Source: Tetramitus jugosus (lineage: Eukaryota > Protista > Heterolobosea). From it: a stretch of 64,000 bases of DNA. The DNA lies in contig OW569362.1 of assembly GCA_937625935.1 (NCBI GenBank), positions 248,001 through 312,000 of the forward strand. The letters run 5' to 3'. The notes under the pieces were generated by a model. The model searched no databases. It was not told the DNA's origin and saw only the letters and a program-made list of their open reading frames with translations. The first letter of the stretch is position 1; each line of letters begins with the position of its first letter. Shown piece by piece: positions 53,103 through 62,049 of the stretch. Both the position numbers and the translations under genes were made by a program.

Positions 53103-55139
53103 ATGAGTGCATTTACCAAAGAACTTCGTCGTAGAGAAAAACTAAAACAACAACAACAACAAGATGACTCTGAAGAAGAAGAAGATCACTTTGTTGAACA
53201 ACAACCGAAAAAAATGAATGTTTTTGCATTGTTGAACGATGAAGATGAAGACAACTCCAATTTTGATGATGATGACAATGAAGAAGAAGAGGATGCGCCA
53301 TCGAAAAAAATTTCTATTGAAAATTTGAAACCATCGTCTTCGAAACGCGCGCAAAAAAAGAATCAAAAGAAAATTTTGAAACAATTGGAGGAATTGAACC
53401 TCGATAGTAATGATGATGATGATGAAGATGATGAAGATGGAGAAGCAATGACGACATCTGCACTGTCAAACAGCAACAAGAAGAAAAAGAGCAAGAAGAA
53501 CAAGAAGGCCAATAAGAAGAAGCAAAAATCAAGTGGAGCATCTCCGATTGATAATGAAGTGAACGTGAATCAGACAAATGAAGATGATGAATTTTTGGAA
53601 AAGGAATTCCAAAAGGCCATTGCGCAACAACAGGATGGTGGAAGAGAAGCAACTGCTGTGCAGGGGGTTGGAAGCAGCATGAATTATCATCAAGATTTGG
53701 ATCTGTTCAAGGTGGATTTCAGTTATTTGAATCCGGATTATGAATTTAAAAAGTTGTTTGGTGGTAGAGCGTTTTCAGCTGCCAATCAACAGTCCACCAG
53801 TGATCAGAATCAGTATTTGCCTGATGTGATACGTAACAATAGGCATCATTCAAAGATGAGATCACTGAACAATAGTTCTGCGTTTTCCAAGAGTCATGCG
53901 TTACAATTGGTGACATCGAAGCCTCATTGGCCTCACTATGTCCCACTGGGTCTCACTTGTACGTTGGACAAGGTGATTGGAGGTGTGAATGGTACTCAAT
54001 TGGAACTGTATGTGATTGATGACTCTCTGAATGATACATACAAGATATTACAACGCTCCTATGCGCAAGCCATTTCATCACATGATCCTGAAAGTCTGAT
54101 GGCTATATTGCAAAGAGAGCATCCATATCACATTCATACATTGCTTCAATTAGCAGAAGTGTTCCGTACCATGTATCATGAAGCAGATCAAGCCCAAGAC
54201 TTGATCGAGAAGGCATTGTTGGCGCTGCAACACGCACTCAACTCCAATGCCTTTATTCGATCATTGAAAGAAGGAAGAGCCCGTCTACCATATAATCACG
54301 ATTTGAATCGTGTGTTCTATCATGTAGTATTGACTCGGTTACATACTCTAAGCAGGAGTGGCGGTCATGCAACAGCATTTGAACTGTGTAAGTTGCTGTT
54401 TAGTTTATCTCATATCGACAGTGTGTCATACGATCCTGCACACATTTTATTATTCTTGGATTACTATGCACTTCGTGCTGGAAAATATGATTGGATGGTG
54501 AATCAAGTACTTCCATACTTTGATCGTATTTCGGATCCAGAAGCAGGAAGAATGCCGCCATCACTTCTGCCCAACTTTATATTCGCAAAAGCCTTCTGCT
54601 ACTACTTTATGAATGACATGCTCAAGGCGAATGAGGCACTTCAATCCGCCTTGATTATGTGGCCAATGACATTAGGTGTAATTGTGAATGAAACTGCAGG
54701 CGACCAGATCCCAACCTGGGAGAGAATAACCAGAAATTCGATATTTACCGATCATGTCTGTCCATCACCTCTGCTATCCCGACTAATGCATATTGCTGTT
54801 CAAAGACATGTATTCTTCTGGAAGCAAGATCCTCAAATGCTGCGCTGGTTGAAGCAAAATGTGGAGTCTATTGTCAACCAAGGAGGCATTGGCAGTAATG
54901 AGTTTAACGTGAAGCAGAAGGAAGCGTTGAAGTTAAGGAAAAAGGTTTATGATGATGTTGCCATTGCAACAAGTTATGAGAATGTGTATGAACAGGAAGT
55001 AATGGGCAACATTCTACCAATGCAAGAGGAAGACGCTCTGTCTACTCTCAACGGACAATCCCAACAACAGAATCCTGTGATAGCATTCCTCTCTTCTCTT
55101 CTCCCATGGACCAACACTGGCCAGAATACCCCTCAATAA
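53103..55139 (+). CDS. TCF25: Ribosome quality-control factor TCF25/Rqc1
   Basis: Charged N-terminus with NVFALLND, LNPDYEFKKLFG, HPYHIHTLLQLA, TAFELCKLLFSL, DP..LLFLDYYALRA and LPNF. Confidence 0.9.
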   Translation: MSAFTKELRRREKLKQQQQQDDSEEEEDHFVEQQPKKMNVFALLNDEDEDNSNFDDDDNEEEEDAPSKKISIENLKPSSSKRAQKKNQKKILKQLEELNLDSNDDDDEDDEDGEAMTTSALSNSNKKKKSKKNKKANKKKQKSSGASPIDNEVNVNQTNEDDEFLEKEFQKAIAQQQDGGREATAVQGVGSSMNYHQDLDLFKVDFSYLNPDYEFKKLFGGRAFSAANQQSTSDQNQYLPDVIRNNRHHSKMRSLNNSSAFSKSHALQLVTSKPHWPHYVPLGLTCTLDKVIGGVNGTQLELYVIDDSLNDTYKILQRSYAQAISSHDPESLMAILQREHPYHIHTLLQLAEVFRTMYHEADQAQDLIEKALLALQHALNSNAFIRSLKEGRARLPYNHDLNRVFYHVVLTRLHTLSRSGGHATAFELCKLLFSLSHIDSVSYDPAHILLFLDYYALRAGKYDWMVNQVLPYFDRISDPEAGRMPPSLLPNFIFAKAFCYYFMNDMLKANEALQSALIMWPMTLGVIVNETAGDQIPTWERITRNSIFTDHVCPSPLLSRLMHIAVQRHVFFWKQDPQMLRWLKQNVESIVNQGGIGSNEFNVKQKEALKLRKKVYDDVAIATSYENVYEQEVMGNILPMQEEDALSTLNGQSQQQNPVIAFLSSLLPWTNTGQNTPQ

Positions 55140-55224
55140 AATCTGTTCTCGTTCACACTGAACATGTGTTGTATTTCGCTGTTTTATGGTCGCTTGATGT
55201 TCTTCTCAAATTTCTCCAACATCC

Positions 55225-55641
55225 ATGCCTCACTAGACTCCCCCAGCTTATTTTCCTTCTCGAGCCATTCTGCCGACCAGTCTGGTGAGAATACTATCCA
55301 ATGAAGCTGTACTTGTTGTTCGACTCAATGATGGGTCGTATCCAAGTTAAGCCTCCTTGATATTAAAGCACAGATCTTAGAAGAAGCAAAACTTGTGAGA
55401 CATCTCCAACAACAAGAGCAAGAATTAGAAGAAGTTCAGTATAAGTTAGCAACAGCTACAGGAGCTAGGAACAACTCGTAGAGGGTTGAGAGAAGCGAAC
55501 AAGAGGTTTGAAGACACTCATATAGAGTTAGAAGAAGCGACCTACACAATCCTCTCGCAAGAACAAGAATTGAAGAGAGTAAGATCTTTGCTCGAACAAC
55601 AAGACGCAGAGATAACCCGTCTTGAAGCTATGATCTCGTAG
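55225..55641 (+). pseudogene. Frameshifted remnant of a coiled-coil protein gene
   Basis: One frame gives SLLDIKAQILEEAKLVRHLQQQEQELEEVQYKLATA. After a shift near 55455 the next frame gives QELGTTRRGLREANKRFEDTHIELEEATYTILSQEQELKRVRSLLEQQDAEITRLEAMIS*. The upstream part has stops and shifts. Confidence 0.55.
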
Positions 55642-56099
55642 AGCATGACTTGAATGGTTCTACCGTGAGTGATGAAACTCTCAATTCAACTATTGGCTCC
55701 GAAATGAGTGATACTCTTCCTGAATCTTAGAGCCAAACCTAATATTCAGGCCGCTATGAATTGACATGACAGATTTCAGAGGATGTATCTTTTGTGTTTG
55801 TTCAATAAACCGTCATTCTTCATTGGTGGTGCATAGTATCATTGAAGCTCTGAGGACTAGTCATACTTCAGGTCTTTGTGAGTCTGATGAGAATCCATTT
55901 CATCAACGGATGTCTCTCTTTGGAGAGAGTAAATCATGCAGATCCATAGCATTCATAGGTGCTTGGTTTTTATTGTAAAACTGAACTCGATTGTCCATCA
56001 ATCAACCAACACTGATCAGAATACCTCAATAAAGATTCAGAATCACGACCCAATTTTTGAACAGAAAGCACGTTAGTCTCGCCCTCATCGAGATTCCCA

Positions 56100-56681
56100 T
56101 TACGATAGAACGGCTTGTTCAGTGAGTGACATTCTTCGAACTTCTCTCTCGAATTTCTGCATTCCTTCTTCTTCCACATTGTTTGCATAGGGCCAACTAG
56201 CATCATTTGATGGAGATTTAGCATCAAACTCCACGTTCTGAGCTTCCTCCACAAATTCGAAATTGTTTGGTTGGTGAACGATGGTTGGACTAGGGAATTG
56301 ATAAGACGATAAATTGGTGAGAATTTCTTGTGCTGATGGCCGTCTTTGTCTTTCAATCACATAATGATAGAGTTGTTCGTTGGAGCATTGCACTTCACGC
56401 TCATCCAAGTCCTCCCAACCATCGAGATGTTGTTTCCTTGGTGCTTCAGGCAATATTTTCTTCACTTGAGGTGTTGCTTGTGGTTCAACGATTGGTTCCT
56501 TTGTATTTCCTTCTGATTTAGGAGCTAAACTATCTCCAGGGTTCATACTCTTGTTCTCCTTGATATCCGAGGATTGAGAGGCAGGTATCGTGATTGGAGA
56601 AATGTTTGTCGTGGCTTGATAGGTTATGACTTGAGGAAAATCGTCATTCAATGTGTTTTGGTGAGAGAATATGCAACCCAT
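56100..56681 (-). CDS. Hypothetical protein with MGC dual-acylation N-terminus
   Basis: ATG at 56681 gives MGCIFS (Gly2, Cys3, Ser6). The body is hydrophilic with RRPS and RRMS kinase-site motifs. Confidence 0.6.
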   Translation of the reverse strand: MGCIFSHQNTLNDDFPQVITYQATTNISPITIPASQSSDIKENKSMNPGDSLAPKSEGNTKEPIVEPQATPQVKKILPEAPRKQHLDGWEDLDEREVQCSNEQLYHYVIERQRRPSAQEILTNLSSYQFPSPTIVHQPNNFEFVEEAQNVEFDAKSPSNDASWPYANNVEEEGMQKFEREVRRMSLTEQAVLS

Positions 56682-56962
56682 GTCTGGTGAAGGAATAAGA
56701 AAGTTGAAACAAGGAAGGTTATTGAGACACAAGAATGAATGATGAGTCTTTTGTTTCGTGATATCGGGCCTGGAAGATGTAGTCTACATAATCAGTATTT
56801 TAAGGATTTGATATTCGAATCCAACCCGAGATTCTGATGGAGATATCGGATGGTTCGTAGTTAGTTGTCTGATTCCTTCCTTGCGGGCTTTACAATGTAG
56901 GGGAAAAAGTTCCCTGTTTTGATGGAACGAACATTTCGGAGAACGACCAAAAACCAACATTG

Positions 56963-58069
56963 ATGACAAAGAAAGAAGACCGGCGGCGTGTGGTCTGTGT
57001 GACAGGTGCGAGCGGTTTCATTGCATCTCATATTGTCCATGAACTTTTGCAGGACGACCGTTTTATCGTACATGGAACAGTGAGATCCCTTGCGATGCGT
57101 GACAAGTATTGTCATTTGCTTTCGTTGCCAAGTTCCTCAGAAAGATTGCACTTGTTTGAAGCAGATCTATTGAAGGAAGCAAGTTTTGATGAAGCACTTT
57201 TGAATGTGGACTATTTGATCCATACTGCGTGCCCTTTTTATCTAACACCATTCACAGCTGACTGTGAGGGAGCTCAGGAAAAACTAGTCAATCCTTCATT
57301 GAAAGGAACGTTGAATGTACTTCGATCTGTGGAAAGAGTTTGTCTGAATACTTTGAAGCGGATCGTGTACACGGGCAGTACGGGCTCGCTCGTTGCTTTT
57401 CAAGATCGCGAATTTGGCAGAGTATACACGGAAGAAGACTGGAATGAAAAGTCAACAATTGATCACAATGCATTTGCGTACTCCAAGACAATTACGGAAA
57501 GAGCTATTTGGGATTGGCACCGGAATGTCTCAGAACGATATGGATCTGAGATGCAATTGGACATATGCACAATACTACCTTCACTTGTCATTGGGCCAAT
57601 TCTCAATTATTATCGCATTCGAACATATGGTATAAATGACATGAGTCAGAGTCTTAAGCTGTATTGGACCAACATTCAAAAGAAGAAGTTAGATCCCGAA
57701 AAGGGACATACCATAGGAACAAATGGTTTCAGCATTGTTGATGTCAGAGATGTCGCTCGACTGCACCGAATTGTACTCGATCATCCAAAAGCTTCACAAC
57801 AAAGATATGTTGCTTTCAGTGGAAAGGCTCAATGGATAAAGGTGAATCGATTGCTCAAGGATCATTTCCCGCAATTCTCTGCCAGTATCCCACTCGAAGT
57901 TGTGAGTGATCTGAGCGAGGATGTTGCCTTCTGGCGCATGATTTGCTTCTCCAGTGAGAAGGTATTGCATGAAATACCAGAACTTGGCGAGTTTAGAGAG
58001 GTGAATACATGTCTAATTGATATGATCCAAAGTATGTTGGATCACAATCTGTTGGAGATTTCAGCCTGA
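56963..58069 (+). CDS. Extended SDR (dihydroflavonol/cinnamoyl-CoA/aldehyde reductase-like); catalytic Tyr replaced by Phe
   Basis: VCVTGASGFIASHIV, VHGTVR, LFEADLL, HTACP, GTLNVLRS, VDVRDVA. The active site reads FAYSK instead of YxxSK. Confidence 0.88.
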   Translation: MTKKEDRRRVVCVTGASGFIASHIVHELLQDDRFIVHGTVRSLAMRDKYCHLLSLPSSSERLHLFEADLLKEASFDEALLNVDYLIHTACPFYLTPFTADCEGAQEKLVNPSLKGTLNVLRSVERVCLNTLKRIVYTGSTGSLVAFQDREFGRVYTEEDWNEKSTIDHNAFAYSKTITERAIWDWHRNVSERYGSEMQLDICTILPSLVIGPILNYYRIRTYGINDMSQSLKLYWTNIQKKKLDPEKGHTIGTNGFSIVDVRDVARLHRIVLDHPKASQQRYVAFSGKAQWIKVNRLLKDHFPQFSASIPLEVVSDLSEDVAFWRMICFSSEKVLHEIPELGEFREVNTCLIDMIQSMLDHNLLEISA

Positions 58070-58317
58070 TAAAAAGGATATAGTTTCGATTACTGTGAGC
58101 ACCCTGGGGTCATTGCAGAGCTTCTAAAGTGCTTCCACAGACATAATGAGGTGCTTCCCATATCATTGGTAAAGTAGATACAACCATACCAACTACCGTC
58201 TTGCTACTATGGTGTTTTCAGTCCAATTGAAATGCTAATGTTGCCAGATAACGCCCACACTCGCTCTTCATATTCCCCAAGATCCATTTTTCCGAAAATA
58301 AATATGGGAAGGATTTC

Positions 58318-58329
58318 TTTCGCGCCAAA
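58318..58329. promoter_or_regulatory. E2F-type overlapping site TTTCGCGCCAAA upstream of DMAP1
   Basis: Matches TTTSSCGC on both strands, about 60 nt before the ATG at 58391. Confidence 0.45.
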
Positions 58330-58390
58330 AATCTCATCAGACGCAAAAACAATAGAAGAAGAGCCATAACTGAACATCAACAGAAAAACA

Positions 58391-60169
58391 ATGTCTGCCA
58401 CTGATCTATCAGATATTTTGGGTGTTTCACGTGGTGCTCAATCATCCAGCACTCCCATCAAACATCTCAAATCTCCACTCATGATCAATGCAACTGGTTA
58501 CCTCACCACACCACTCCAAAGCTATCAATCATCACTCAACAGTGGAATCAAAGAGAAGCGAAAAATTCATGAGCATGTTCAGAAATGGAAATGGTCACCA
58601 TTTATCACACGAGTCAGAAAAGATGATTTGCTTTTTCATCATTGGTCCAAAACATCAAACAATGACAATGATGACAATGATAATGGTGAGATTGTCAATG
58701 TAGGTCATTCAAATTTCGAGTCACTCCACTCCAAAACAATCAAAGTTTTTCAATACAATAACAATGAATACAAAAATTTGATTGCAAAATTGAAAAACTC
58801 GATTGAATCCACCATCACTACCACCACTACTACCATAGTAGAACCAACAACAACAACAACAACAACAGCCACAATCACAACCACTTCAAGTGATGAACCA
58901 AACGCAGATCAACAACAACAACAACAACAACAAGAAACATGTTTGAGTGAACAAGTACCAAAAAAGGATGAAAAATCATCATCAACAACAATAGTGAAAA
59001 TCAATAGTGAAAAAACAACAAGATTATCAGATGATGATTACCTATGGACAAGAGAGGAAACCAACCAATTATTCAAGTTGTGTAAAGTGTATGATTTGAG
59101 ATTTTCTGTGATGCATGATCGATTTGTGTCATGTCGAAACGATGGAACCATTCCCACATTGGAACAAATGAAAAATCGATATTTTACAATTGCTCGATTG
59201 TTGCTTCAGGAGAGAGCAAAGAAAAAGAGTCAATTGTCAATGATTGAAAATCACCCGTTGATGCAGTGCGAATATGACTATGAGTATGAAGTGAAACGAA
59301 AGAATCAAACCGAGTCAATTTATCACCGGGATACAGAGTATGTAAAGAGAGAGGAATCGATACGAATGAGACTGAAACAGATTGAAGATATTAAAAAGAG
59401 AAGAATCGAAGAGGAAAAGCGAGAAAAGTTGTTGCAGGAGAAGCGCGAGAAGGAAGCAATCAAGTTGCAACAAAAATTGGAACGAGAACGGAAAAAGCAA
59501 GAAAAGATGCGATTGTTGGAGGAGAGTGCCGCAGCAGCTGCTGCTGCAATTGAAGTGGATGGTGAATCGACTGTTGTTAGTGATGAATCTGCAATGATGG
59601 ATACGAATGCTGCCGCTGTTGCAGTTGATACTGCGGTGGTGGAAGAGAACAAGACAGCAAATGAAAGACCAAAGCGCAGCACTCGAAGTTCACGATCATC
59701 GACAAATGTCATTGAAAGTGCTCCAGTCGTATCGAAACGCCTTGTAAATTTAGATTTAGTAGATGAAGGAACGATATCGTCGACTTCGTTCAGTGAAGAT
59801 GTATCAGTAGTGGATGAAGCGATCAAAAAATCCAAGAGTGGTGTTCATACGAGATCGTTGCTCATGTACTCGTGTGCAGCACCAGAGATTGGCAAACGAG
59901 TCGATCAAGTGTTGGAAGAGATTAACATGTTTCGTCCAATGCCTACACTCCGAGTGCACCAAGCATTCGAAGAGATGAAACGCAAACTGGCCACCATTGT
60001 CGAACTGGAGAAGAAGATTAGTAAATATGAGAGCAAGAGCTCTGGTGCCAATTCCAAGAAACGTGCTGCTGATGCTGACTTTGTGCCATCGTCAAATGTC
60101 GAAGCAGATGCCACAAAGAAGCGGAAGAAGGGACAGAGAGGAAGACCTCCAAAGAAGCAAAAGAAGTAA
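58391..60169 (+). CDS. DMAP1: DMAP1/Swc4 (NuA4/SWR1 subunit) with SANT domain and C-terminal AT-hook-like motif
   Basis: DLSDILG, WKWSPF..RKDDLLFHHW, SANT WTREETNQLFKLCKVYDLRFSVMHDRF..TLEQMKNRYF, and RGRPPK. Confidence 0.9.
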   Translation: MSATDLSDILGVSRGAQSSSTPIKHLKSPLMINATGYLTTPLQSYQSSLNSGIKEKRKIHEHVQKWKWSPFITRVRKDDLLFHHWSKTSNNDNDDNDNGEIVNVGHSNFESLHSKTIKVFQYNNNEYKNLIAKLKNSIESTITTTTTTIVEPTTTTTTTATITTTSSDEPNADQQQQQQQQETCLSEQVPKKDEKSSSTTIVKINSEKTTRLSDDDYLWTREETNQLFKLCKVYDLRFSVMHDRFVSCRNDGTIPTLEQMKNRYFTIARLLLQERAKKKSQLSMIENHPLMQCEYDYEYEVKRKNQTESIYHRDTEYVKREESIRMRLKQIEDIKKRRIEEEKREKLLQEKREKEAIKLQQKLERERKKQEKMRLLEESAAAAAAAIEVDGESTVVSDESAMMDTNAAAVAVDTAVVEENKTANERPKRSTRSSRSSTNVIESAPVVSKRLVNLDLVDEGTISSTSFSEDVSVVDEAIKKSKSGVHTRSLLMYSCAAPEIGKRVDQVLEEINMFRPMPTLRVHQAFEEMKRKLATIVELEKKISKYESKSSGANSKKRAADADFVPSSNVEADATKKRKKGQRGRPPKKQKK

Positions 60170-60215
60170 AGCAGTTGCAGGACATTAATTTATGTACAAA
60201 TCGAATTCAGAGAGT

Positions 60216-60791
60216 TTACTCTTGTTGCGAAGCGTGGAGGGTGTCCTTGATTTCACATGAAAGTGGCAACAACACGTTCATAGAGGTATCAATCACGTGA
60301 CCATTGCTAGAGTTGTGCATGTACACTGGGAAATCAGGGATTGCAGTAGACAAGAATTCATTCATGAATTGTCTGCAAGCACCACAAGGAGAAGCACTGA
60401 AAAAAGAAAAAAGGATTGTAAGCACACCAGCAACCAAAACATGAACACTTCAACAAAGAAATAAAAATGGTGCAAAACACAAAAAAGAAGCTGTGTGCAC
60501 CAAACACAAAACAACATACCCAACAGCAGTGCTGACAGCAATGGCCTTAATGCCCTTGCCTCCTTCACTAACCATCTTGACTGCAGCAGTTCTTTCAGCA
60601 CAGATGCACAAACCATAGGATTGATTCTCAACGTTGACACCAGTGTAAATCTTTCCATCGTCAGCCAATAGAGCAGCACCAACATGGAACTTGCTGTATG
60701 GACAGTAGGCCTTTGGCTCCATCTCAGCAGCCAACTTGATTAGCTTTTCTCTTGTTTCTTGGGATACAGACATATCAGTGCTTAGGGACAT
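60216..60791 (-). CDS. CDA: Cytidine deaminase (homotetrameric type); exons 60791-60520 and 60396-60216
   Basis: AYCPYSKFHVGAAL, GVNVENQSYGLCICAERTA. The intron GTATGT..TTCAG (60519-60397) joins to GASPCGACRQFMNEF. Confidence 0.93.
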
Positions 60792-61038
60792 ATATATTCG
60801 AGGGAAAAATGTAAATTGTCGTGAGTGTAGGTACAAGTACGTAACAACACTTTTTTTCACGAAGAAAAAATTTTATTTTATTCAGCACCAGAGGGGGTAT
60901 CGTCGCTCCGGAGAAAGTTTACAACGGTTGCAACGGAACCCAATCAAAAAAGAGCAACCTACAGCATACAACCAGGTATCCGTACCGGAGATAGCTATCT
61001 AGATAGATTTTGTTTGTCCAATTTCCTTCCTGCTGACG

Positions 61039-61818
61039 TCACTTGTACTTTTCTAAAACGCAACCATTCTCATCTACGAAATCATACATGTTCTGTATGG
61101 TGAATGGTATAGCATCACCAGGATCCGATTTCACATAATCATGCATTACAATGCCCTCCAAATGATCCAACTCGTGTTGGAATATCCGAGCTGGAAATCC
61201 TTCCAAATCATGTGTGACAACTTCGCCCAGAATATTGTTGTACTTGACTCGAATCTGTTCTGCTCTACTCTTGATTACAAATGTTCCTGGAAAGCTTAAG
61301 CATCCCTCTGCCTCTCGACACATCTTATCACTCTTATCTATGATTTCTGGATTGAAATAGGCCTCCAATGAATGAGACTCCACAGAGGATCGATCTTCGC
61401 TGAATGTCATCTCATGACAACCGATAAACAATCGCTTGGCAATGTGAATCTGAGGTGCACAGAGACCGAGAGTATCTTCTCCTTGATTGACTGTCCGAAC
61501 AAGCTGAGCCAACGCCACCAAATCCTCCTCTGACAAAATTTGCTTCACGTGCTTCAAAATAAGTTTCAGTTCGTCCTTTGTGAGCCTCTCTTGTTTGATA
61601 GTTGTGCCACGTTGTTGAGAAATCATATGATTCAACTTTAAGATGGGATCCGATAGCTCATCAATGATCGTCTGAGAGCTTTCAGACAAAGTGGGCCGGT
61701 TGAATTGAAAAGGTGCACATTTTGCTCTCAAAATTTCATCAGTGGGACCAGCAACAGAGGTTCTGGCTTTTGTTTTAATGTTTCTAAAGAAACCACTCCG
61801 ATACACCAGACTCAGCAT
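61039..61818 (-). CDS. PDF: Peptide deformylase, probably mitochondrial
   Basis: GLCAPQI, EGCLS and QHELDHLEG motifs. Basic presequence MLSLVYRSGFFRNIKTKARTS from ATG 61818. Confidence 0.92.
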   Translation of the reverse strand: MLSLVYRSGFFRNIKTKARTSVAGPTDEILRAKCAPFQFNRPTLSESSQTIIDELSDPILKLNHMISQQRGTTIKQERLTKDELKLILKHVKQILSEEDLVALAQLVRTVNQGEDTLGLCAPQIHIAKRLFIGCHEMTFSEDRSSVESHSLEAYFNPEIIDKSDKMCREAEGCLSFPGTFVIKSRAEQIRVKYNNILGEVVTHDLEGFPARIFQHELDHLEGIVMHDYVKSDPGDAIPFTIQNMYDFVDENGCVLEKYK

Positions 61819-62049
61819 ACTATTGTTGTTCGTCTGTCGTTGTGTTGTTGCTGGAAATGCACGATAATTTACCGCCCAAAAAATTACTGGACGCAGTCGG
61901 TGTTTTATTGAGTCAACCGGAATAAAAAACACCTACAATATTAGTCCGTTCTTGCAACTTTTTCACGCCAAAACACTCGACATCATCTTGTTTTGATCAT
62001 CCACACAAGAGCAAAAAAAACATTTTTTATTCGACCGTCAAAAACTCAA

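Noticed and set aside
58093-58146. Hairpin CTGTGAGCAC...GTGCTTCCACAG followed by ACATAA
   Set aside because: No clear guide pocket or second hairpin; probably ordinary 3' UTR structure.
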